Shown here: positions 1 to 10,472 of the stretch, one piece after another
Layout: each line of letters opens with the position of its first letter
How positions within the stretch are numbered: position 1 is the stretch's first letter
Virus record (IMG/VR): IMGVR_UViG_3300045580_000155
Span: 1 to 29,043 of that record
Length of the DNA stretch: 29,043 bases
From: a virus
Lineage: Duplodnaviria > Caudoviricetes
Direction: 5' to 3' (one strand)
Made by a program: the position numbers and the translations under genes
Notes under the pieces: model-generated
The model's input: only the letters and a program-made list of their open reading frames with translations
What the model was told of the DNA's origin: nothing
Databases searched by the model: none

Positions 1-202
1 GTGTGGCAGATAGACTAGGTGCTCTGCGTGCCATAACAGATCTTTATGCTAGAACCACAGCAGGCGGACTAGGACTAGAAGACCTAAACAGACTGGCAGA
101 TAGAGGTATTCCAGTTTTTACTATTTTAAGTGATCGTATTGGACTTAATAGATTAGAAATAGGAAAATTAGGACAAACTGCTGAAGGTGCTAGACTTATA
201 TT
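1..202. repeat. Terminal overlap, copy 1 (circular genome join)
   Basis: 1-202 matches 28842-29043 except A128 vs G28969 (TTA/TTG, synonymous Leu). Implies a 28,841-bp circle. Confidence 0.97.
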
Positions 203-2261
203 AGATGCTTTAGAAGCAGGATTACAAGATGCATTTGGCGGAGCCAGTTTAGCCAAGGCAGGAAGTCTAAGTCAAGCAATGAGTAATTTTAAAGATACTA
301 TAAACAATCTTATAGATCTTTTTGCTAGACTAGGAGTAAATCGAGAACTTGCTAATTTTATTAATGCGCTTAGTAATGCCTTAGAAGATTTAAAAGGACC
401 AATAGCAATTATTGCTATACTGTTTAGAGATGCTTTTAAAACTCTTGCTGAAAATATAAAAATTGTTATTGCACTAAGTGCAGCATTTATTGCTGTGTTA
501 AGTATAGGAGCATTAACTGCTATCACTAGAGGACTTTTAGGCATTGCTACTGCCTTTGGTGCAATTAGTAAAACAAAAATAGGTATAATTTTCGGAATAA
601 TTGCCAGTGCTGCTGCTGCTTTAGGACTAAACATTGGGGGAACAGCAGATCGAGTAGAAGATTTAAAAGAAGAATTTAAAAAATTAGATGATATATTAAA
701 AGATTTTGGTAAAAGTCCTGGTGTAGAAGGATTACAACAGGGAAAATTAGCAGATGGAACACAAGACTTTAAAAAACAGGCAGATGCACTTAATACAAGT
801 CTGGCAAAAACTCGCGCAGAATTAGACAATACAGCCAATGCTTACAGTCGTCAGGTTCAAGAGCAACAACGTGCATTTCAACTTCAAACTGACACAATGC
901 GTCTCAATGATGAGCAAAGACTTAGTGTTGAAACTCTTAGACAAGCGGAAGAAGGGTATCTACAGGCCATTGCTCCTTTATTAGAACAGTATAATATCTT
1001 AAGCAAGAGTCGTAATGATGAAGATCAAAAGAAACTTCCTCTAATACAGGAAGCACTACAACGTATTACAGACACTTATCGTAACAGTCTTCCAGATATA
1101 CAACAGGGCATAACCTTAAGACTAAATGAACTTCAGATAATGAAGGAAATGACCTATCAGGCAGAACTGTTGAAGGCCGCTGAAGAACGCAGATTAACTG
1201 TAGATCAGGCTCTAAATGATCTTGTGCTAAGTGGAACTAATCGAGTAAGAGAAGCCAATGAACGCTATATAAATTCTACTCTAACTCCAATGCAGCGTCG
1301 TCTTGCTGAAATTGCACAGGAAGAACGCAATCTCAAAGAAGAAACACTGCGTAGAATAGCAGCACAATTTACCAGCCCAGACAGTGGAGAAATATTAGAT
1401 CCTGACGGATATGTTCGTGCTGTTCAACAGATAGAAGCAGCCACAGAACGTAATATTCGTATGCGACAAGAACAGGCACGCAGAGAAATTGAATATCAAC
1501 GCAGTTTTGCCAGTGGTTGGATAGATGCATTTAGACAGTATCGTGATGCTGCCTACAACAGTGCTGAACAGGCCAAGAACTTTTTCAATAGAACAGTGGG
1601 TGCAATGGAAGACCTATTTGTTAATTTTGCCAAGACTGGTAAATTCGAATGGAAAAAGTTTGTGCAAACTATGGGCGAAGAACTACTACGCAGCCAACTA
1701 AAACGTTTAATCAGTGACATATTTGGTGATATGACTACTGCTATGGACAGCGGAGAAGGATTCTTTGGCAAATTGGGCAGTATATTAGGATTTGGCGGAG
1801 GTTCAGGTAATCAAAACAAAGGATCTAGTCCTACCAATCCACTTTATGTAATAGATATCAACAGTGTTCGTGGAGTTCAAGCAGCACAAAGTCAGGCCAG
1901 AGGTGGTGGCGGAGGAGGATTCTTCAGTGACCTTTGGTCGGGTATAAAGGATATTGGTAACAGCATAGGTAATATATTCAGTGGTGGCTTTGGCACAGGT
2001 AGTGATTTTGGTAATTTAGACTTTGGTGGATTCTTTGCCAATGGAGGCACTATACCAAAAGGACGTTATGGTATTGTAGGCGAGCGTGGACCAGAATATG
2101 TTGCTGGACCAGCCACTGTTAGTCCAATGATGGGCACAAATGTAACTTACAATATCAATGCAGTAGATGCTGCCAGTTTTCGTTCAATGATTGCTGCTGA
2201 TCCTAGTTTTATTCACGCAGTGGCTATGCAGGGCGGTAAAGGCCTAGCAAGGAGATACTAA
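3..2261 (+). CDS. Tail tape measure protein, C-terminal part (full gene starts at 28499 and crosses the join, ~867 aa)
   Basis: Tape-measure motif (EDLNRLADRGIPVFTIL), hydrophobic segments, long coiled coil, lambda-H-like C-terminus (FVNFAKTGKFEWKKF; FANGG...GIVGERGPE). In frame with ATG 28499 across the overlap. Confidence 0.93.
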   Translation: MADRLGALRAITDLYARTTAGGLGLEDLNRLADRGIPVFTILSDRIGLNRLEIGKLGQTAEGARLILDALEAGLQDAFGGASLAKAGSLSQAMSNFKDTINNLIDLFARLGVNRELANFINALSNALEDLKGPIAIIAILFRDAFKTLAENIKIVIALSAAFIAVLSIGALTAITRGLLGIATAFGAISKTKIGIIFGIIASAAAALGLNIGGTADRVEDLKEEFKKLDDILKDFGKSPGVEGLQQGKLADGTQDFKKQADALNTSLAKTRAELDNTANAYSRQVQEQQRAFQLQTDTMRLNDEQRLSVETLRQAEEGYLQAIAPLLEQYNILSKSRNDEDQKKLPLIQEALQRITDTYRNSLPDIQQGITLRLNELQIMKEMTYQAELLKAAEERRLTVDQALNDLVLSGTNRVREANERYINSTLTPMQRRLAEIAQEERNLKEETLRRIAAQFTSPDSGEILDPDGYVRAVQQIEAATERNIRMRQEQARREIEYQRSFASGWIDAFRQYRDAAYNSAEQAKNFFNRTVGAMEDLFVNFAKTGKFEWKKFVQTMGEELLRSQLKRLISDIFGDMTTAMDSGEGFFGKLGSILGFGGGSGNQNKGSSPTNPLYVIDINSVRGVQAAQSQARGGGGGGFFSDLWSGIKDIGNSIGNIFSGGFGTGSDFGNLDFGGFFANGGTIPKGRYGIVGERGPEYVAGPATVSPMMGTNVTYNINAVDAASFRSMIAADPSFIHAVAMQGGKGLARRY

Positions 2262-2572
2262 TGTTAACTCTTAGACAAAAATATGGAATGCAAAAGATTT
2301 CTGCACAAAATAGAAATATAGAATGGAAATTTACTTTTGACGAATGGGTAAATTGGTGGGGAGACGATATACATTTTCGAGGATGTAAGAAAGGACAATT
2401 AGTTATGGCTAGATTAGGTGATTTAGGACCTTATAGTGTAGAAAATGTTATTAAACAAGAATGCGGATTAAACACATCTGAAATGCGTAAACGGGTAAAA
2501 GGCAATGGATCCAATCGAAAAGGCATTGGCGGTGCTTGGAATCGTGGGATGAAAATTAAGGAAATTACATAA
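2261..2572 (+). CDS. Putative His-Me/HNH-like endonuclease inserted in the tail operon
   Basis: FTFDEWVNWW...RG...LVMARLGDLGPYSVENV resembles a common small phage HNH-like family; basic C-terminus; coupled TAATG junctions on both sides. Confidence 0.6.
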   Translation: MLTLRQKYGMQKISAQNRNIEWKFTFDEWVNWWGDDIHFRGCKKGQLVMARLGDLGPYSVENVIKQECGLNTSEMRKRVKGNGSNRKGIGGAWNRGMKIKEIT

Positions 2573-2949
2573 TGTCATTTCAATGGATTATCAACACAGC
2601 AGAAACACTAAGCATTAATAGATTGCAGACCACTGCCTTAACTACCAGTCGTGATGGCACAGTTAGAGTAGTTGGACGTGGAACTCCTCCTAAAAAATTC
2701 ACTGTAAAATTACCCGATGGATTACCCTGGTCCAGTTATAGAAGCAGCATTGTGTCAGCAGAAGCATTGGATAGAATTACAACTGCTACAATTACTATTC
2801 CCTACGCAAAGTTTCCTTGGTATTATAACAATACAGCACCAGCCAGTGATGACAGTTATACAGTGCGTTGTATAGAATTTCCTGAATGGACCATATTTGC
2901 TCGTAATCAGGTCAGTTGGTCAGGTAGTTTCGTGTTTGTGGAGGCATAA
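2572..2949 (+). CDS. Distal tail protein (Dit / lambda gpM-like)
   Basis: 125 aa, first structural gene after the tape measure, beta-rich with C-terminal SFVFVEA. Mainly positional. Confidence 0.6.
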   Translation: MSFQWIINTAETLSINRLQTTALTTSRDGTVRVVGRGTPPKKFTVKLPDGLPWSSYRSSIVSAEALDRITTATITIPYAKFPWYYNNTAPASDDSYTVRCIEFPEWTIFARNQVSWSGSFVFVEA

Positions 2950-3527
2950 TGGCACTGGATCTAAACAGTTATAGATATGTGCAAAGCAATCTCTTTGTGC
3001 GTATCAATCTCAGTTATACTTCTACTATAATTAGACTAACTGACAGTAGAACCAGTAGAACTATTGATGGTGAATCATATGTGGCTGCTGGTAATTTTCT
3101 TGGCATAACTTCAACTACCAGTGAAATCAGTAATCCAGGTAGTGAATTGACCATAACACTAGCAGGTGTGCCTAACTCAGCCATAAGTGATGTTATCAAC
3201 AGCAGACTAAAAGGCAGTAGTGTAAAAGTATGGCGTGGATTTTATGACAGCACAGGCACACTATTGGCCATATCAGGTAATCCAGCAGGTAGATTTACAG
3301 GTATTATTACAAATTACAGCATTCAGGATGAACAGACAGCAGAGACTAGGTCAGGCACTGCCTCTATAAGTTTGACCTGTGCTACTATTGTGAATATTTT
3401 GGCCAATACTACCAAAGGACGCAGAACTAACCCAGAGGATCAAAAGCGATTCTTTGCCACAGATGTCTGTATGGATCGTGTGCCTGAATTAGTGGGCGTA
3501 TATATAGATTGGGGAGCAGGTCAATGA
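2949..3527 (+). CDS. Minor tail / baseplate hub protein (lambda gpL-like position)
   Basis: IRLTD...IDGESYVAAGNFLGI...ELTITLAGV...VKVWRGF...FTGII and terminal DQKRFFATD...IDWG are typical of this siphovirus tail-tip family. Confidence 0.7.
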   Translation: MALDLNSYRYVQSNLFVRINLSYTSTIIRLTDSRTSRTIDGESYVAAGNFLGITSTTSEISNPGSELTITLAGVPNSAISDVINSRLKGSSVKVWRGFYDSTGTLLAISGNPAGRFTGIITNYSIQDEQTAETRSGTASISLTCATIVNILANTTKGRRTNPEDQKRFFATDVCMDRVPELVGVYIDWGAGQ

Positions 3528-4312
3528 GTTGGTGGGATGACTTAGTAGATTTAGGCAGTCAGGCTCTAAGTTGGTATACTGGAAATACCATTGGTGCTCA
3601 ACTGGCTAGAACAGCAGTCACGGGTTATACACTTAATCAGGTAACTCGTGCTATCAATCGTGAGCAAAGTAAGGATCAACAAAAAACACAGGACAAGGGT
3701 GTAAGACTACAACTTGATCCAGATCCTAATGCTAAAATTCCTGTAGTCTATGGCCGGGCCAGTCTAGGTGGTATAATAACAGATGCCACTCTGTATAATA
3801 GTAATCAAAGTCTTTATATATGTTTTACTATCTGTGAACAAACAGGTTATTTAGATTTAGGTGCAGGTGCTATAAGTGACATTACATTCCGTGATATCTA
3901 TTGGAATAATCAACGACTAATATTCCAAACATCTGGAACAGGTGCAGGAATCATAGTGACAAAAAGCATTGATGACACTGGCGCAGAAAATACTGACATA
4001 GCAGGACTCATACAGGTATTTTGTTATAGTGGCAACAGTTATTATCCTGTGGTTCCTTACGGATATACCAATGCTGCGTTAAATTATGCTAACAATATAT
4101 TTCCTACCTGGACAGCCAATCACGATATGTCAGATCTTGTATTTGTCATAGTGCGTATGGATTATAACAGAGAAAAGTCGTTGACCAGCATAGGTGATTG
4201 GACATTTGTCATAGAAAACACAATGACACAGCCAGGTGACTGTTTGTATGACTATATGACCAACACTCGTTATGGTGCTGGTATTGATCCTGCGGAGATT
4301 TATCTATCGTGA
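3524..4312 (+). CDS. Tail-tip attachment protein (gpJ-like), N-terminal portion
   Basis: Start refined to ATG 3524 (ATGA overlap, upstream GGAG). Motifs KIPVVYG and PGDCLYDYMTNTRYGAGI characteristic of J-like central tail proteins. Confidence 0.75.
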   Translation: MSWWDDLVDLGSQALSWYTGNTIGAQLARTAVTGYTLNQVTRAINREQSKDQQKTQDKGVRLQLDPDPNAKIPVVYGRASLGGIITDATLYNSNQSLYICFTICEQTGYLDLGAGAISDITFRDIYWNNQRLIFQTSGTGAGIIVTKSIDDTGAENTDIAGLIQVFCYSGNSYYPVVPYGYTNAALNYANNIFPTWTANHDMSDLVFVIVRMDYNREKSLTSIGDWTFVIENTMTQPGDCLYDYMTNTRYGAGIDPAEIYLS

Positions 4313-6174
4313 AAAGCCTTAGCGAACTTAATTCATTTGCCAATACCAGTGTAACTGTAACTGATTCTAGACCCAGTAGAGTGATTTTTGACCTTGTTAG
4401 TCCATTAGAACCACAGGATCGAGTGTTTACAGTAACTTCTACCACAGTGGTTGTAGTCCCAACAGTGAACATTGAAGACATTTGGAATTATGCTACAGCA
4501 GATGTAAGATATAGAGTTAGTATTATAACATCAGCAAGTAATCCATTAACCAGCACGATTAGTTTTCCTAGTTATCCTGCACATATGACATTGACCAGTG
4601 TGGGAAATGTTTATACACTATCAGGATTTCAAAATGTTGAAGATTGGGAAACAGTTAAATCATTTACTTGGAATCTAGAGGCTGCTTATTCTAGCCGAGA
4701 ACTTTGGTTTTTACAAATTGATATAATTTATTATAGTAGTCTATTAGCACAAGATGTAGAAACAACCTGGTATGCTTTTGATGACATTTATTATTATCAA
4801 GCCAGACTGGATTCAACATTTAGTCTTTCAATGACTGCTTTGGCTCCTGTTATATTTTTAGCAAGTTCAATGTCATCATCAGCGGCTATAGAGATAATAG
4901 GCAGTCGTGTAAAAGGATTACAGGCTAATTTAACAACTAGTGCTAGTTTAACTGCCACAGGTAATGTTAATGTTACTATTTTACCTGTAGACATTAATTT
5001 AACTGCCAATGTTAATAGACGAATTGGAATCATTTCTAATTTATCTGTGGTGACCAGTTTAACCTGTAATCAAACTATTGTTACGCTAACAAATTATACA
5101 AATAGACAATTTAAGAGTCAGGCTAAGAATTTAATTTTTACCTCTGATTATTATGCTAATACCACTCCAGTAATAGCAGTAGACTCGGCCAATAGTGCCA
5201 ATCCAATAACCATTGAATTAGTGGCCAATAATGGTTATTGGAGTGATAATGCCTATACTGCGGCCACAGCAACTTGGTCATATACAGGTTCATTGACTGA
5301 AGTTAATAATAAGTTTCCTATTATTAGATTTTATGGCCTTAGAAATAGCATTGATTTTCTTGGTTATTTAGGCTATACTTACATTAACAGCACGGCTACT
5401 TTAAACATCTACATAAATGGTGGATTAATTAAGACTAAAACAATAAACTTAACTACAACAAGTCGTAGTGATACTATAACTGAAACAGTTACTCATACTA
5501 ACAGTAGTGGCGTCTGGCCTGTGTTCACACCTGGATTTAACGGAACATCTACTATTCCTAATGAAATTGCCTTGTATAGAAAATTATTCGGCAGTATTAT
5601 AGGATCAGGAGGCAGTGCTAGTTATCAAGGCATTGTGTCAGGCAATTACCAAGGAAGTGGCGGTGGTGGTGGAGAAGTTTTAGATTTTAATTTTACAAGT
5701 CTTGTCCAAGTGCCAGTTGGAACTTATAATTGGAGCGTGGGGTCTGGTCATTCTAGTGCATATCCATCTACAGTAGCAGGAACTGATGGTGATAACACAG
5801 TGGCCTATGGATACACTGCTCGTGGCGGAAAGAAAGGACTAGCAACCAGCGTAGGTGGTGCAAGCGGTAATACACTTGCTGGAGGACCTAGTCCCGGAGG
5901 CGGTGGAGGTGGTGCCGGAGCAGCAGCCTCTGGTCGAAATGCAGGAATCGGACTGATTCTTCCAAGTGTGACAGTAGGGTCTGGTTATACTTGGCCAGGA
6001 CCAAGTAGCATAGATGGTAGTGCTGGTGCTGGTGGTCGGGGTATGGCCCTTGGTCTTAGTGCAACTGGTTATAGCAGTAACTATGGACGAGGAGCCAATG
6101 CTAATGCTAGTTCTACTTCTTCCGGCAGCGGACTGGTAGCAATAGACTTTATTCATTGGTGGGCAGGATTATAA
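4309..6174 (+). CDS. Tail-associated protein with ~20-aa repeats and Gly-rich C-terminal domain, lying between the two J-like halves
   Basis: GTGA overlap with upstream stop; Ser/Thr-rich beta protein; repeats such as ANLTTSASLTATG; C-terminal GSGGGGGE...TARGGKKG...GGGGGAG. Confidence 0.7.
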   Translation: MKSLSELNSFANTSVTVTDSRPSRVIFDLVSPLEPQDRVFTVTSTTVVVVPTVNIEDIWNYATADVRYRVSIITSASNPLTSTISFPSYPAHMTLTSVGNVYTLSGFQNVEDWETVKSFTWNLEAAYSSRELWFLQIDIIYYSSLLAQDVETTWYAFDDIYYYQARLDSTFSLSMTALAPVIFLASSMSSSAAIEIIGSRVKGLQANLTTSASLTATGNVNVTILPVDINLTANVNRRIGIISNLSVVTSLTCNQTIVTLTNYTNRQFKSQAKNLIFTSDYYANTTPVIAVDSANSANPITIELVANNGYWSDNAYTAATATWSYTGSLTEVNNKFPIIRFYGLRNSIDFLGYLGYTYINSTATLNIYINGGLIKTKTINLTTTSRSDTITETVTHTNSSGVWPVFTPGFNGTSTIPNEIALYRKLFGSIIGSGGSASYQGIVSGNYQGSGGGGGEVLDFNFTSLVQVPVGTYNWSVGSGHSSAYPSTVAGTDGDNTVAYGYTARGGKKGLATSVGGASGNTLAGGPSPGGGGGGAGAAASGRNAGIGLILPSVTVGSGYTWPGPSSIDGSAGAGGRGMALGLSATGYSSNYGRGANANASSTSSGSGLVAIDFIHWWAGL

Positions 6175-6176
6175 TT

Positions 6177-7553
6177 ATGACAACAGTAATTCCTAGTTTA
6201 TTTGAAATCAATGGTGTTATAGACACTAGTAAATCAGTATTAGAAAATATGAATCTAATCTGTGAAGCCACTAATGCTTGGATGACATTTGACATACATC
6301 AGGGCAAATGGGCAGTGGTCATAAACACCACAGGTTCCAGTGTGGCCAGTTTTACTGACACAAACATAGTGGGTGGTATAAGCATAAGTTCTACCAGTTT
6401 AACTGAAGTCTATAACAGTGCTGAAATGGAATTTCCACATCAGGATCTTAGAGATGAACCTGATTATGTGCGTGTCAGTGTGAATTCAGGAGACCGTTAT
6501 CCTAATGAACCTGATAATGTGCTCAGTATGTCAAGTCAACTTGTGAATAATCAGGCTCAGGCACAGATTATTGCGTCAGTGGCCTTAAAACAGAGTCGTA
6601 TGGACAAGGTCATCAATTTTAGTGCTGACTATAGTTATATCGGGCTCAAGGCCGGTGACCTCATTGACATTACCAGCACAGTCTATGGTTTTACCAATAA
6701 GGTATTTCGCATAACCAGTATTACAGAAGAAGACTCTGAGCAGGGCATCATACAGGTCAATATCACAGCCTTGGAATATGATAGTTCAATATATTCTACA
6801 GCAGGATTGACCATAACACCAAGACAGCGTGACACCAGCATAGTGGCCAAACCTTTAAATTCTACCATACAGAACATTGAAGCCCAGCAGGGACTTAAAT
6901 TGGATCTTAGCGCAGCCGCCGCAGCCAGTGGACTTACCTTAGTGTTTAATAGTCTAACTGGACGCTATGAACTCAGTCAGGCAGGAATTCTTACTGAAAT
7001 CTCGGCTAGTCGTGCCATTATTACTTGGACTTATCAGGATGGTGTGGACTTAGACATACGCTGTCGTATTCAAACTCCCAATTTAGGACAAAGCACTGTG
7101 GATCAATATGTGGGATGGACAGGAGGCACAGGTGATACCACAGTATGGCCCACTTCAGGAACTCCTATTATTACCTGGGGAGGTGACAACACTGGTCCTG
7201 GTGGTGATCCTACTGCTCAAGAAAATGTCTATGTCAATGTCAGTGAATTTAAAACAGTGTATCCTGGTAATAGATATTTGGTCATAGAATGTAGAGGCAA
7301 TTGGTATGGAACACAGGGACTTAAACCTGTATTACTTACAGCCACAGTCTATGATTCAGGCACAGTAACACCTAGTGGATTTGGATTCACTGTAACAGGA
7401 TATACTACAGGTAGATTCATTGAAGGTGTAACTGTATTTGTTGCAAGTTCGGGCACAGCAGGCACAGAATTAGGCACACTTATGGGTTATCTTGTTATAG
7501 ATACCACAGATAATACTGCACAGTTTCGTAATGACCTTACTGGTATAAGTTAA
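6177..7553 (+). CDS. Tail-tip attachment protein (gpJ-like), hub / C-terminal portion
   Basis: Start refined to ATG 6177. FEINGVIDT...GKWAVVI, YNSAEMEFP, LKAGDLIDIT...KVFRITSI...ITALEYDSSIY are J-like hub motifs; C-terminal DLDIR...WGGDNTG domain. Confidence 0.8.
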   Translation: MTTVIPSLFEINGVIDTSKSVLENMNLICEATNAWMTFDIHQGKWAVVINTTGSSVASFTDTNIVGGISISSTSLTEVYNSAEMEFPHQDLRDEPDYVRVSVNSGDRYPNEPDNVLSMSSQLVNNQAQAQIIASVALKQSRMDKVINFSADYSYIGLKAGDLIDITSTVYGFTNKVFRITSITEEDSEQGIIQVNITALEYDSSIYSTAGLTITPRQRDTSIVAKPLNSTIQNIEAQQGLKLDLSAAAAASGLTLVFNSLTGRYELSQAGILTEISASRAIITWTYQDGVDLDIRCRIQTPNLGQSTVDQYVGWTGGTGDTTVWPTSGTPIITWGGDNTGPGGDPTAQENVYVNVSEFKTVYPGNRYLVIECRGNWYGTQGLKPVLLTATVYDSGTVTPSGFGFTVTGYTTGRFIEGVTVFVASSGTAGTELGTLMGYLVIDTTDNTAQFRNDLTGIS

Positions 7554-7597
7554 TAAACTGTTTTAAACCCTTTTAATTGTATTTTTTTGTGTTTAGG

Positions 7598-7603
7598 TAA
7601 ATA
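7598..7603 (+). promoter_or_regulatory. T4-type late promoter core TAAATA followed by a 5' hairpin
   Basis: Intergenic TAAATA. Hairpin TGTCCC(7608-7613)/GGGACA(7625-7630) begins 4 nt downstream, then AAGGAG and ATG 7658. Confidence 0.7.
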
Positions 7604-7657
7604 CAGTTGTCCCAAAAATAGTTAGGGACACAGAATACAACTAATAAGGAGCCCGAT

Positions 7658-8041
7658 ATGTCGGCAGCAAGTGATTTTACAGAGAACCTGGCATTGACCT
7701 GGTTATTAACTTCAAGTTCAGCAACAAGACCAAGTGCTTGGTATCTTGGACTTTTTACATCAGCAACCAGTGACGCTGGTGGTGGCACAGAAGTAAGTGG
7801 TGGCAGTTATGCTCGTCAAAGCGTAGCATTTACAGTATCTACTTCAACTGCCAGCAACAGTGCTACTATTACATTCCCAACAGCCAGTGCAAGTTGGGGC
7901 ACAATTACTCACGTGGCAGTGTTTGATGCCAGCACCAGCGGCAATATGCTGTTTCACGGAGCAGTTACAACCAGCAAGACCATTGACAGTGGTGACACTT
8001 TCCAGGTTACATCAGGTAACCTGACAATTACTCTTGCCTAA
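7658..8041 (+). CDS. Small fibre/filament structural subunit
   Basis: Widespread phage fibre-subunit motif YLGLFT...GTEVSGGSYARQSVAF...NSATITFPTASASWGTITHVAVFDA.TSGNML. Own promoter, strong SD, 3' hairpin. Confidence 0.75.
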   Translation: MSAASDFTENLALTWLLTSSSATRPSAWYLGLFTSATSDAGGGTEVSGGSYARQSVAFTVSTSTASNSATITFPTASASWGTITHVAVFDASTSGNMLFHGAVTTSKTIDSGDTFQVTSGNLTITLA

Positions 8042-8046
8042 TAAAG

Positions 8047-8067
8047 AGTAGGGCACCTAGCCCTACT
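8047..8067 (+). promoter_or_regulatory. Intergenic stem-loop (mRNA-stabilising or weak terminator)
   Basis: AGTAGGGC-ACCTA-GCCCTACT, perfect 8-bp stem, no U-tract on the + strand. Confidence 0.6.
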
Positions 8068-8084
8068 AAAGGATAAACTAAACT

Positions 8085-10472
8085 ATGGCCACAATATATC
8101 TAAGAGCAAGTCTAGGACGAGCATTAACCTGGGCAGAAGCAGATGCGAATATATCAAATCTCAACACTGCCAAGTTAGAAAATCTTGTAGAAGATACTAC
8201 ACCTCAACTGGGTGGTAATCTTGATGTCAATGGCAATAGTATTGTGTCAGCGAGCAATGGCAATATTACTATTGCTCCTAATGGCACTGGCACACTGATA
8301 TGCAACACAGATGTTAGCACACGCAATACCAGTGCTACATATAATCTCACAGCGGGTGGTTTTACACAATCATCAGATCAATTGTATGCTTTTAGTAGTG
8401 TTGGTGCAGATGGCACACAGTCAGGTAGCACGCCTCATAGGGGATTAGGTGTTAGTAATGCAACCTCAGGCGGTCGTAGTGTTGTATATGTTAGAGCACA
8501 CGGACAAAATGAAAGTGGTGGCACTAGCACTACCGCAGGCCTTGCTCAATTAACATTAGAAGGCACAAGAGGCACACATACTGCGCCCACTGCCTTAACC
8601 ACAGGTAATAGTTTTTCTATTATTAGTGCAGGAGGATATGATGGTGCCAAATACACTGTGGCTGACAGGGGTGCAGGCACAGCACAGATAATTTTCCAAG
8701 CAGATGAACCCTGGGCCAATGATGGCACATATACCACAGATGCTGGCACTAATGTTATAATGCGTATACAGCCCAGTAATATGCGTTTGACCAGTAATAG
8801 TCGTCAAAACATTTTTATCACTGATTGGGATACGGCAGTAACGGGCAGTGGCCCTGAGCAGTATATTTTATTTGGTTATCCCAATAGTAATACACAATAT
8901 ACCAACACAGGTGTTCAATATACGGGCAGTGCAAAAACTAATACGCAATTTATCAATACCGCTTTGGCCAATATTGGTGTAACTGGACAGGATAGCGCAC
9001 AATTTACAGCAGATATTACAGGAACCACAATGACAGTCACTGCTGTAGCCAGTGGTATTATAAGCCTAGGACAAAGAGTTTATACAAACAGTGATGGAAC
9101 CTGGGGCAGTGTTACACAATTAACTACAATTACAGCCTTAGGCACTGGCGCAGGTAGCACAGGCACTTATACTGTTAGTGTTAGTCAAACAGTTGCAAGT
9201 ATGACTATGTATAGTGGTCCTGATAATCATAGTTTAAGATATAGTAACAGTATTGCTTTAGTGGCAAATAGACGTAACGGTCTAATTGGTCGTAGAAATA
9301 AAATTAAAAATAATGACATAATTCATACTATTGATTTTTATGGCCAAACTACAAACAGTAGTAGCAGTTATGGTGGTAAAACGGCCACTATAGGTGTTAC
9401 TGCCGTAGAGGATTTTGAAACCACAGCCTATGGTAGTCGATTTGCAATTGAAACAGTAGCACCAACAACTACCACATTGTCAACTAGATTAAGTCTGCAA
9501 AGCACTGTGAGCACAATTAACACAGATAGTTTAACAGTGGAAAATGTCGCAGGCACAGATATCTTAACCTTGTCTACAACTAGTGCGCAATTGACCAGTG
9601 ATAGTATCACACTTAGTTCTACTAATAATGGTAATATCTCAATTACGCCCAATGGCACTGGTTCAGTGATTATCGATGGACTTAGTTGGCCACAGTCAGA
9701 TGGCACCGCAGACTATGTGCTTAAGACCAATGGTTCAGGACAATTAAGTTGGACAGCACAGTCCAGTGGATTTTCAAGTTTTACCCTAGCAGCAGATTCT
9801 GGAACTAGTCAAACTGTAAATGATGGTAATACTGTAACAATTAGTGGAGGCACAGGAATAAGCACTGTGGCCAGCGCTACTGATACTGTAACTATAAACT
9901 TAGACAATACCGCAGTTACACCTAACACTTATACATATGCCACTATAACAGTTGATCAACAGGGTCGTTTGACCAGTGCAAGTAGTGGAACCAGTCCTGT
10001 AACATCAGTTTCAGGAACAGGCACAGTAAATGGTATTAGTTTATCAGGCACTGTAACTTCTACAGGCAGTTTAACATTAGGTGGCACATTAGATCTAAGT
10101 AGTCCTCCTGCTATTGGTGGCACTACAGCAGCAGCAGTGTCAGCAACTAGTTTGACATTTAAGGATCCTAGAGAAGCCATATATGACCTAGGCACCACAG
10201 GTGGAACTATTGCTCCCAATGTAAGTAATGGATCAGTGCAAAAAATTACACTAAATTCAGCACTAACAATGAATGCTTTTACCAGTCCAGTAGCAGGACA
10301 AAGTATGACCTTGATAATCTACGGTGGCACTGCATATACCAGTATAACCAGCACAATGAAATTCGCAGGTGGTGTGAAAACACTAACAGGCACAGCCAGT
10401 TGTATAGATATTTTAAGCGTATATTATGATGGCACTACATATTTTGCCAGTCTTAATAAAGGATTTGCCTAA
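8085..10472 (+). CDS. Long mosaic tail fibre / virion structural protein
   Basis: Gly/Ser/Thr-rich 795 aa with fibre motifs EDTTPQLGGNLDVNG, NGNITIAPNGTG-like (twice), WPQSDGTADYVLKTNGSGQLSW, TVDQQGRLTSAS. Confidence 0.8.
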   Translation: MATIYLRASLGRALTWAEADANISNLNTAKLENLVEDTTPQLGGNLDVNGNSIVSASNGNITIAPNGTGTLICNTDVSTRNTSATYNLTAGGFTQSSDQLYAFSSVGADGTQSGSTPHRGLGVSNATSGGRSVVYVRAHGQNESGGTSTTAGLAQLTLEGTRGTHTAPTALTTGNSFSIISAGGYDGAKYTVADRGAGTAQIIFQADEPWANDGTYTTDAGTNVIMRIQPSNMRLTSNSRQNIFITDWDTAVTGSGPEQYILFGYPNSNTQYTNTGVQYTGSAKTNTQFINTALANIGVTGQDSAQFTADITGTTMTVTAVASGIISLGQRVYTNSDGTWGSVTQLTTITALGTGAGSTGTYTVSVSQTVASMTMYSGPDNHSLRYSNSIALVANRRNGLIGRRNKIKNNDIIHTIDFYGQTTNSSSSYGGKTATIGVTAVEDFETTAYGSRFAIETVAPTTTTLSTRLSLQSTVSTINTDSLTVENVAGTDILTLSTTSAQLTSDSITLSSTNNGNISITPNGTGSVIIDGLSWPQSDGTADYVLKTNGSGQLSWTAQSSGFSSFTLAADSGTSQTVNDGNTVTISGGTGISTVASATDTVTINLDNTAVTPNTYTYATITVDQQGRLTSASSGTSPVTSVSGTGTVNGISLSGTVTSTGSLTLGGTLDLSSPPAIGGTTAAAVSATSLTFKDPREAIYDLGTTGGTIAPNVSNGSVQKITLNSALTMNAFTSPVAGQSMTLIIYGGTAYTSITSTMKFAGGVKTLTGTASCIDILSVYYDGTTYFASLNKGFA

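Noticed and set aside
1-202. Biological direct terminal repeat
   Set aside because: The repeat falls mid-gene in the tape measure, so an assembly overlap of a circular map is more likely.
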